The position numbers and the translations under genes are program-made. Below the pieces are notes generated by a model. It did no database searches. It had not been told where the DNA came from and was given only the letters and a program-made list of their open reading frames with translations. DNA of 63,831 nucleotides, the filler included, from Sphacelaria rigidula (lineage: Eukaryota), in the NCBI GenBank assembly GCA_964200075.2. It is 8 parts of 8 records of this genome, joined end to end, with 100 filler letters (N's around TTAATTAATTAA, not from the genome) between each part and the next. Parts side by side here need not be neighbours in the genome. Positions count along the whole stretch, not along the records: positions 31,969 to 39,859 come from CAXNAA020013082.1; positions 39,960 to 47,850 come from CAXNAA020013083.1; positions 47,951 to 55,841 come from CAXNAA020013084.1; 5 more parts are not named here. One strand, written 5' to 3'. Below are positions 38,366-48,380 of the stretch, in pieces. Position 1 is the first letter of the stretch. Each line of letters opens with the position of its first letter.

Positions 38366-38865
38366 CTAGGATTGGCCGAAAAAACGCAATTGGTTGTAGC
38401 GGAGCCGTTCAGTTGGCATCGGACAGAGACAACAGAACAAAACATTGCGGGGGGGAGCTTACTCCAGATAACCTGCAAGTAGTGTCTACTTGTTTACCTG
38501 ACCGACCCTCTACTTTTTTAGCCCAACAAGAGAGGCCTGCTTCGTCCTGCAGTCAGTCGACAGGGCCTGCAACGTGCAATGCGTCGAATGTTCTTTGCGA
38601 ACAACTAAAGATATTCATAGCAGTCATTCGAGCCTGCAGCGACAATTGTCGTCGACGCGTACGGAACGCTGTGTTTTTTTGTTTTTTTCTCATGATGTGT
38701 CTACTGACTGTACGACGAGGTTGTGGTGTTGAATGACGAAAACGTACTTCTTTTGCACGCTGTGGTCATTCTTGGACTGAGGTGTAATGTCTACAGTGCA
38801 GCTCAAAACTAGGGTCCAGCATGCTACTGTACGACACATCAGTCATGCAACAAATTTACACGGAC

Positions 38866-38927
38866 CTTGATGGCCTGCACTTGCACGGAAGCTGACATCC
38901 CGATGATTTCGATGAACACTTCGTCAT
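38866..38927 (-). CDS. Annexin, first visible exon (repeat III; gene 5'-partial)
   Basis: gtcgcag|at...aag|gtccgt. (D)DEVFIEIIGMSASVQVQAIK fits annexin (GT)DE..FI.I....s..ql.aI; joins in phase with the next three exons. Confidence 0.85.
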
Positions 38928-39481
38928 CTGCGACATGCGTATAGCGAAACACCGGGCGACACAAGCACGAAGGACACCGCACGGACAACGTAGCGCGGAC
39001 CTGTGATGAGCGTTTGACCAGCGCTACGGTAGCCCCTTCCCGACTCCAGTCCAAAACTGTGACGAAGAAAATGGCCATACTGTACGTAGAGCGCATGAGT
39101 TTCAAGCTGCATAGAGCGCTTCACATGGGCGACATTGGCGAAAACGATCCCAAGCGTAGAAATTATCAGCTACTCGTTGTGCTCGGCTTTTTTCATTCCG
39201 ATTGACGTGTGGATTTTGCCTTCCCGAACCGGCCACTTTTGGGGGGGGGGCTGTCGTAGCATTAGTGGTCTGCGCAACGTGCAGCAGCAGCAGATGCAGC
39301 GGATGCAGATGCAGCGGATGCAGATGCCCGTTCTTGAAGTTTAGCCGGCGTCCTGCTAAAAATATCCAACACACTCATGAAACTCGACAAACTGCGGGAG
39401 TGGTGCTTCAGCTCTTGCTGACCCAGTGCTCAAAGGACAAAGTGCAAGACACGTGAAGCCGGGGGAGGTGGGGGAGGAGGG

Positions 39482-39780
39482 TGTACGCATGATCATGCAT
39501 GCCATAGTCATAAGACCGTCGACCTCGCATCCCTACAAAGCCGGGATGGAGCACGCCGGGTTTTCGCCGGGCCAGGCTTGCACTCAAACCACCAAGCGCG
39601 AAGCGCCGTGGTGTGTTCGGCGAGTCGCATGAAGGGTGAGCTGCATCCTGCTGAGATTGTTCGGCCCGAAGCCTACTGATTTTCTTCGATTTGAATGGCA
39701 GCCAACAATGAGTTGCTTTATTCTGTGGTATCACCACTTCCAGAGACAGCCACAGCTTTTACACTGCCCTCATGGGTGTC
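39482..39780 (-). mobile_element. Retroelement-like 3' fragment, family B
   Basis: Matches 48037-48320 (gacctcgcatccctacaaagccggga...caccacttccagagacagccac). G-rich runs on both sides. Confidence 0.78.
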
Positions 39781-42272
39781 TAACCTAAGGGGGGGAGGGG
39801 GGGGGGGGGGCGACGTTTTTTGTGGCTTGTCTGTTTTTTGGGGGCTTGGCCCAGGTCTCNNNNNNNNNNNNNNNNNNNNNNNNNNNNNNNNNNNNNNNNN
39901 NNNTTAATTAATTAANNNNNNNNNNNNNNNNNNNNNNNNNNNNNNNNNNNNNNNNNNNNTGTTGAAGTTTTTCTCTGGGTATACCAACAACTATTTGAAG
40001 AAGAAACGTTTCCACACCCGGGCAGGCATCATCGAAGTGGCTCAAAATCATCCAAAAAATACCTTCTAGTGAAGCCAAATCGCGTAAACATACGCCTCCG
40101 GCGGGGCGCCTCCAGCGGGGCCCTCCGGGGACGCCTCCGGCGGGGCCCCCTCACCAGCCGGGGGGACCGGTGGTCGCGGCTGCGTCGCGACACCAATGTA
40201 CTGATAGGACCCAGTACACTGGCTGAGGAGAGCAGCCAGTTTATCTGGTACTGGTGCGTAGCGTCAGTCCCCAACCCTAACCATCAGTGAATCGAGCTCC
40301 TCAGCCAATAGATGCACTTACATGCCATCTTTAGCTGACTAGATTATGGTAGAAAGGGTGCGGTAGAAAATGTTACTCAAGCTTGTTCCCAGGGGGAAAT
40401 CGTCCGTATGAGCCATGCGCGAGCATTTTCAATGGCTATGGTGATGCACTTATCGCAATTGGTGAGCTACGTACGTTATCTCTTGAACTCGTAAATCTTT
40501 CAAGCCGAGCACGGACAAACGATAGTGCAGCGGAAGTAGGAACAAAGATAGAGAGAAAGTGACGATACGCTTGGTCGTGTCCCTTCCTGTCTCTCCTTTC
40601 TGCACACATTGTGCACGTATGGATGAAAAAACTGTTTATTTTATGCCGGCGGCGGGACACCCACCCGCCTCTGTTTCGCTAGGCAACGAGCATGAGATCA
40701 TGTCGTTGTACACACCTCACACTAGCCCAATAAGATTCTCGTACAGCCACGGCCAGGTATGTGTGAGCATTTACCACGAGGGCGATATGTACCATTCGAC
40801 TGTGTTGTCGAGCAAACACTCCTGTAATTTTCACTACATTACCCAACAAACGGGGCGCTTACACACGGTCGTCTGCACGCCAGATCTCTGTCGTGTTTTG
40901 TCTAGCACGCGCTTGGGAGAGATCGTTCACTACGATAACGAGCCCACCGCCGCCCCTCTTGAACAACAGGCACTTCTCGATCGAAAACAATATAGCAAAG
41001 GCGGAGGCACACAAAGTAGCTGTCCACATACCCTCCTGATCTCAGCTGCTGGGCGTTCGGTGCCTGCCGCGCTACTCCTGACGCCACCGAGCAAACGCAG
41101 TCAAAACATATTTCTATGATGTATTGTCGTCCCAGTTGTGCTGATCGAGTTCCCATCTACACTCGCAGTCACAACAACAGCCTCCGCTCGATCTTAGCTT
41201 ACTTGCCAACTTCACTAGGATGTAGAAATATTTCAAGACTACCAACACACAATTCAGTAAAAACAACTACCGTGACCAACGGATATGAAACATATCGGGA
41301 GAACAGCACCACGCTTCACCAGCTTATTTGCTTGGAGCCTTCTTTTCGAAATCGTACACGGCGTCGATGTGCTCTTGCGGAGTTCTGAAATATACTGGGT
41401 ACATGGCATTGATAAATGCTTCGGAATTTCATCATGACAGAGCGCCTTCTCTTCCGCTCCAGCAAAAGTCTGGCCTACTGAATCCTGTTCAGCGGTAGGC
41501 CGCGGTAGGTGCTGCATGGTGCCAAACCTCAGGGCATTCACTTGTTAACTGTTGGTATTGACAGGTTCCGTTTTTACGTATGTGTGTACCGCCAAGTTGT
41601 ACTCCGGAGCACATGGGACTGGGGAAACGTCCGGTACGGAAATTAAAGGAGGGAGAATATCAAGTACTCCACCGAATAATTCATTCGTACTCTTTGATGG
41701 GTTGGAGACCGAGAGCGGCTTGCGATAACCAACCACGAGTTCACGGCGTGGCGAGAAACCGCGACCCACGGTAGGATACCCGCGCGCTCAGTTGATGAAA
41801 ATGCTGCATTTGGAAGTCGAGATGCCTCGCGAGAGAATATCGTTTATATTGTTGACACCCGTCAAGTGCGCTACAGTGTGTGTAAACGTTTCGTGTTTGA
41901 TCGCTCCCTATTGCCGATTTTGAAGCCTGCATGTATTCGGAGTGAAGAAAATATCCAGCGACCTTCTTCATGGGAACAAAATATTCGGCACGTTCTCATA
42001 TTTCAGGGCGATTACAGCGCACGCTTTTTCGCAAGATCATACGGGGCTCGACTTCACCGCACGAATGTGGGAAAATCGAAATGACGAATCACTTTCACGG
42101 CTGTAGCCAAGGGAAAGAAGACTGTACTAGCGAAAAACAAATAAGTAGGTTCGGTTCGCTTGGCAAGAGGAAGCCCCGCTCACAACAGAAGTGCGTTGGG
42201 TCCGAACGTGACGCATGAAAAGCGTTTGCGAATCTCGAACGCACGGATCGTGGTATGATTGTGATTGCCACA

Positions 42273-42709
42273 CGGTCGCTCCGGTGGCTCAGTTGGTAAC
42301 CTCGAAACCCTCTGACGGTTGGGTCGTGGGTTCGAATATCGAAGCGATTTAGGACTTTTTTCTCACACACTACCCAACAGTGGAGAGCGACAATGACACG
42401 GGTACACAAAATATGACTTCGCGGTTGGCGAGGGAAAGGGACTGCTGAATCCGTCTCGCGATAAAAAGAAATAGAGGCAAGCACCGCAGAGGGAAGGTGG
42501 AGAGCTAAAAAATAAATAAAAATGCGTTGGCCTCCCTCCCGTGTGACCCCGGCTGGTGCGCCCACATACACCGAAACGTGTAGACGGGCGGCCAGAATAG
42601 ACGGGACGACAACACACAGGGGTGAATGGAAAGGAGTGAATATTGACTCCTTCTTCTGGGTATGAAAAAGGGAGAATGTCTCGTGGAACACTTGAAATAT
42701 AAATGAAAT
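42273..42709 (+). mobile_element. tRNA-derived SINE (second family)
   Basis: cggtcgctccggTGGCTCAGTTGG (A box)...gtgGGTTCGAATatc (B box), then a body and an A/T-rich tail gaaatataaatgaaat. The same head occurs at 47788-47850. Confidence 0.75.
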
Positions 42710-42899
42710 AATATGAGCAGTAGAGTGTATGCAGCACTTTTGGGAACATCTCTGGCGCGCCCCGCGAGTAGTGGTATTTTCAAACGATGCGTATGAGCTC
42801 TATCTGAACCGAGTTTAGCCGGTTTTGGCGCCCTAAAGACGTAACAGTTAGCCTAGGAATTGTGTGGACTAAGTCTTCAGATAGAGACGGCGGTTGGAG

Positions 42900-44900
42900 T
42901 CCTGGCCGACTTGAGCAGGATAGATAACGCTACGTACACGTTCAACCTGGACACAAACCGCCAACGTATATGGTGGATCACTTCCAAAATCGGTGTCGGC
43001 AACACAAAAGATACCAATATCAAATTTCTGACTTGTGAGCCCCAAGTCGACCCAGCCAATGGCCGGACTGGAAGTTGTACATGATCATCACTATTGTTTT
43101 CGCCCAATGCACCCTCTCCTACCTTGACGTACCCGATAATGCCATGTTTGGGGCTGGATATGTTGCAGTTGTGCGGTCTCTTCCGTATTAAGAGTACCAT
43201 CATTCTAATATTCCTGGTTTCCCAAGCTGCTCCGGCTGACGTTCGTTTTCCCAGGATACAAATCGAGCGCGAGCTAAAACTACGTGTGTGTTGTCTTGCT
43301 TTGTTGACAAATTCATGGACGAACATTAAAACTGCCCAACTTCAATGCCTTGCTGATCACGAACACTCAAATGGTAATTCGCGAACCACAACGGCGACAA
43401 AGACCACGACCATAATCAGAGCTTCGTATGTCAGATCAATGGCGTCTTCAACCTCAACAATCGGACGAATACCTGCCCAGTAGGAAGCCGTTGAAACATC
43501 CACATCAGGCATACATATATGTAGTCACCAGGCAATGTTCTTTTTCCGCCCGTCTGCCAGAGCTAAGGTGTCTATTTCGTGGATAACGGCTAAATATAAC
43601 ATCATAGGCGGCAACACAATCAGATCGCAATACGTAGCCTACCCTGGTACGGAGCACCTGCAGCCCCCCTTCAGAAGGAACGGAGGCGCTTCGTGCCGTG
43701 CATCACTCCCGTACCACAACACAACTGCAGACAAGCGTCAAAATGTCCGAGCGGTAGTCTATGCAACAAGGCACAAGGCTTACGACCAAAAGGATGCAAG
43801 CAAAATCGCAACAGAAAATGGCGGCGTTCTCAACCGCCTTCAGCCATCACAGACATGCCACGAGCGACACAGACATTTCATTGAAAACGAACATCATTTG
43901 CTCACTTGACAATACCATGGTAAGCAAGTTGGTCGACTTGAAGTTTCACGTATGATCAGGTTTTGTGGTGAAGACGTACGAGTAGCCCGCCAAGGCATTC
44001 AAAGTACGGAAGTAGCCGTCTGGCCATACAAACAAACCGTCAGTTCAGTCCAGCGGCTAAAACAAACAGCGTATGGTCGGCTCATGCTCGGGAAAAAATC
44101 GCTTCTCGCGAGTACAGTACGTTGAAACGACAAACACGATACCGACAAGGCACATCGTTACGGGTGAGTCAATCTCCATCACATGTTTTTGCAGAATGCA
44201 CTCTGTTGAAAAGTACTCCTCGTTGATGGTCCAGCCGTTACAACAATATGTGTCACACTCCCCAGCGATCTACGGAACGGCCGGTCGTTACGGACTATTT
44301 CGGTCGTTCGCATGTGTCGAGAGGAGAGTGCAATCGAAAAACACGAAACTGCCAGCGATAAATCCGAGGCGGATATCCCAACATGTTCCTGAACCACCAC
44401 AACGACTCAAAGGGAAGGGATCAACGCAGTCCGCTCCCTCGGTAGTTGTCCGTTTTGACGAAAACAGGAGGGTACGTACATGAACAGGAGAAAAATTCCG
44501 AGTCGGGCACATGATCACGTTTCCTCACCGTGACCAACTCGCCGCGATCAACTCCAATCGAGACGAACGCCCCGAAACACCAATGTCATCAATGTCAGAG
44601 GTGGATGACAGAATGCACAAGTTGCCGCAGGAAACGTGCAGAAAATACCAAGTGACGGGCTATGAAACTGCAGGTGCGACCAACTATCGAGGCATGAAAA
44701 CGGTCGGCTCCGAGTGAAGCGGGTTGTCTTATCATGGTATAGAGTGAAAGTACTTTACAAAGCACTTTCAATTTTCAATGAAACGCACGCCAGCTTCAAT
44801 AGCATAGCTTATCAGGCACCCAACATAAAGTCACGGCCAGTGGTGACCGTGGTCGCCATCCGTCAATCGTCAAAACCATCGTATACATCGCGACGGCGAT
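42900..44900 (-). pseudogene. Heavily decayed Ty1/Copia pol (integrase tail, RT, RNase H start)
   Basis: Minus-strand relic motifs in Copia order: RNVI (for RxVxF), SK*CSFSMK (for xKWVFxxK), ALCLVA (for KARLVA), DVSTA (for DVxxAF), ADTDFGSDP (for xDADxxxD). Many stops and frameshifts. Confidence 0.5.
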
Positions 44901-45199
44901 CCCAGTGAATATAGAGTCGGTTGTGCGCGTATGACACGCGTATACAACAGGGTCAAAGCGTCCAAGATTCAACGGTGAGGGGCTTTCTAACCCAGACCGC
45001 GCGATTCTCCGACATTAAAAAGAATCAGGGGGAAGTGGATCTGCAAGACACGCCAGGCTCCACCGAAGATATTAATACAGACAGTAGGACTCCAAACACA
45101 ACACAGAAGGAGGGCGCCAGAATAGCCATACAAGCAGGGTACACCATGCCAGCGGCCTGGAAGGCAAACCGTAATCTTAGCGGCATCATGGCCAATCTA

Positions 45200-47400
45200 C
45201 TCCCCATGCGGTGTTCGTGTTGCTGAGGGCGGCTTGGTTGATATCGCCCATGTAGTGACACTGGAGACGCCAGAACCCGCGATGGGCGCCCGACACCTGG
45301 GTATAATAGGTCAAGACGAGTTTTGAGGGCCCCCGGGTCATCCAGGAAACGAATGAAGTAGGACTCGTCAGATCCCGGAATCCAATGTTTCCCAGCCACC
45401 ACAGCGAGTCCAAGGCTTTGTACAAGAAATGGACTCTTTTCGACCAAAGCTCTCTGCAGAGAGAATTCATGTACTGGGTACGCAAACCCAGGCTACATCC
45501 TGCCACGACGAACCGCGCGGAGTGCTCCCGTGCCAGTTCTCGTACCGCCGCACCCTTACGCGTAGATCTGTATCATTTTATTCATGCGATGGTGTTGTAC
45601 GACATCTCTTGCCCAGTACAACAGCATTAATCTGCGAAAAAAAACTCAAATCAACGCTACGTCCTCGTGCAACACGCATAGTACCCTCCCGATGTGTTTG
45701 ATGCATAACCGCGACTTTGCTACCCCGGCCCTGAACCAGCTGATGGCCCGAGATCCCGTCCACGACTTCAGGTTGAATAGGTACATCGACATCCTCCATA
45801 GCCATATGATACGTCGGTGTTTTGACTGGGTATTTGATCAGCCCCAAACGGGAGTTGTTTGGGCATGTCGGTGGTATTATGCGCTGGCAGACACAGCTTG
45901 TACCGTAGCGTCGAGACGCGTTATTTTTATTTTGAGCCAGGTTCATCCGTGGAGAAATTGATACACAAACGTTCCACTCCACGGGACTTTTCCCTGGCGA
46001 TTGGGCCGACAACTGACATTTCCCAAGGTACCACTCAATTTCACGAGAGTTTGGCTTTTCAAAACTTCGTTCAGAAGCGTACTTATTCGAACTAGCCCCC
46101 TGGTTGATTATAGTTACATCGTTGTGCACCCACATCCATCGTCCAACGTCCCACACTGGACAGTTGTGCACTACATCATCGCCCAACACAGCATCTGCAT
46201 TGGCAATCTTCGTGATGATAATTTACTTTTGCTCTTGTACCACTTCGTATGTAAGACACGGGCGACTAGTAACATACATGGGGTACTCCACGATACCTCC
46301 ATCCAAACTCTGGTGCCCACCGGTATTTTTCCGATCGAACCCTGTGAGTGGTAACCGAGGCATACGTCCAATATGACCTCAATTCGGAGCCAATCCCGTA
46401 GCCGCATCAACCGAGTTATTGCCCGTAGGGTATTTGGACAGGGGGGAAATGTAGGTCCCAGTCCATTCGTCGTTCGTTTGTCACAGCTGCAACCATATGT
46501 GCTATCGTGCGATTCACGCTTTCAGTCGGCAGATGGATGATTTGAACAAGTGAAAATACGATGGGCACCCAGCAGGTCACTGACTGCGGAAGTAGGTTTA
46601 CCAGAAATATGCGGACCATTGTCGAACAACAAGATCGTTTAGGTACACCCCGTTGTGAAATGTAGGGGGTACACGAGGACACTGGCGGAACCTTCCACAC
46701 TACAATCAGCTTCCGAAGCAGCGTGCAATTTGTGATGCGTGTCTACGACATCGATCCGCCACAGACGGTACTTATCAACCACATCAGTGAGGAGCAACGG
46801 ACCAAAATAGCCCCATAAGACTACTTCGCCGGGCTCATGGAGAGGTGGCGTTAAAATTACCGGCCACCGGACTGTTTGGCGCGGAGTCTTGCGCGCCCGA
46901 CACAACAGACAGCGCCGCACTCACCAACGTTAACACCGATGCCACGCAAACCCAACAATAAAAACGGTCAAGGTCAAGCATGTGGGAAGTCCTAACGGCT
47001 CCAAAATGCGTGGATGCGTGCGTATGGTATTCGTGTGTATAACCCATGGTCGCAGGATCATTACAACATAAATCCGGATGGGTTCGTCACCTAACATGCG
47101 AGCGTGTCTACCTGTAGGTTTTCCAATTCGGAGGTTCGCTGTGGGCCAGCGAACTAAAAGAACGACGCTATCATCATCCGTATGCAGCATAACTAGTCGA
47201 GAAAATTCAGTAAGATCATCCCGCGTGGGAGCCATTGTGAGACCCCATGGGTTTGAAGAGTCTTGCTTCTATAAATGCAACTGGGCATCCTTTGTATCGA
47301 TAATGAATAGCCACTCGACAAGCGGTTTGTGCTTGTTGTTCCCGGGCTCAACCGGCGAGGGAGAATATCGTCAAACGTCCCGTGGACACACTATCGGTTG
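45200..47400 (-). pseudogene. Decayed Ty3/Gypsy pol 3' half (integrase, chromodomain-like region, extra C-terminal domain)
   Basis: RRCLLCRARKTPRQ (zinc finger), YFGPLLLT, GVPK, TESVNRTIAHM...DWDLH (integrase core), EVVDGISGHQLVQGRG (chromo-like), FLYKALDSLWWLGNI, YFIRFLDDPG. Frameshifted. Confidence 0.8.
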
Positions 47401-47445
47401 GATTTTCAACTAAGCATTTGGCTGATGCCGCGATACCCCCCCCCC

Positions 47446-47781
47446 GAGAAAATAGATATACCAGTAGTCGAAAGGAGAAGGAAGTAGATGGACAGAACTG
47501 CCTCTGTGGCAAAATAATAGAGACCAGAAGTCATAAAGTGGCAGAATGTGAACTGTACAAGGAGGAACGGGACGTGCTGGAGGGGGAAATGCGAAGGTGG
47601 CATGAAATCGTTTGGTGCATTAGACAGTAGGGAGAGAGCGATTGCTATACTAGGAGATAGATAGTGGCCAGAGACAGCGAAATAGGACGGGAATAATATA
47701 TGTCAGAGGTTTTTGTGTAATGTATGGAAGAAACCGTATGGGCGCCGGAATGCTGAAGGTGCTTATATTAGGAGTAGGGAC
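47446..47781 (+). mobile_element. Non-LTR retrotransposon 3' ORF fragment, family A (CCHC zinc knuckle)
   Basis: Starts right after a C10 run. Encodes NCLCGKIIETRSHKVAECELYKEERDVLE (C-x-C...H-x4-C); downstream sequence is homologous to 24041-24302. Confidence 0.75.
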
Positions 47782-47787
47782 TCGAGC

Positions 47788-47850
47788 CGGTCGCCCCGGT
47801 GGCTCAGTTGGTAACCTCGTAACCTTCTGATGGTTGAGTTGGGGGGTTCG
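47788..47850 (+). mobile_element. tRNA-derived SINE head, cut by the contig end
   Basis: cggtcgccccggtggctcagttggtaacctcg...ggttcg, homologous to 42273. Confidence 0.7.
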
Positions 47851-47950
47851 NNNNNNNNNNNNNNNNNNNNNNNNNNNNNNNNNNNNNNNNNNNNTTAATT
47901 AATTAANNNNNNNNNNNNNNNNNNNNNNNNNNNNNNNNNNNNNNNNNNNN

Positions 47951-48019
47951 GGCGTACTCATTTGTTGCTTGCCTTAGTCGTTTGACCATTGACCACGCAT
48001 CCCTTTCGAGACGGAGCAC
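47951..48019 (-). mobile_element. Non-LTR retrotransposon 3' tip, family A, abutting the C-tail of a family B copy
   Basis: Near-identical to 31969-32030; adjacent to the G15 run at 48022-48036. Confidence 0.8.
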
Positions 48020-48036
48020 GAGGGGGGGGGGGGGGG

Positions 48037-48380
48037 TGTAGTCATGATCTTGCATGGCATAGTCACATGGTCGTTGACCTCGCATCCCTACAAAGCCGGG
48101 ACGGAGCACGCCGGGTGTTCGCCGGACCAGGCTCGCAATCAATCACCAAGCGCGAAGCGCCGTGATGTGTTCGGCGAGTCGCATGAAGGGTGAACTGCAT
48201 CTTGCTAAGATTGTTTGGCCTGAAGCGTGCTGATTACCTTGCATTTGAGACAGCCTTCACTGAGTTACTTCCCTTTCTGGTATCACCACTTCCAGAGACA
48301 GCCACGGCTTACACATTCCCTTTGCGCGGAATTGAGGTTTTTCACCTCGAACAATATGATCTAGCTCCACCATCATGGTT
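48037..48380 (-). mobile_element. Retroelement-like 3' fragment, family B
   Basis: Third copy of family B; on the minus strand it ends ...caagatcatgactaca followed by C15. Confidence 0.8.

Noticed and set aside
42273-42345. Functional tRNA genes (also at 31165, 47788, 12745 and 13760)
   Set aside because: A/B boxes are present, but there is no complete cloverleaf and each is embedded in a repeat body, so they are SINE or MITE parts.
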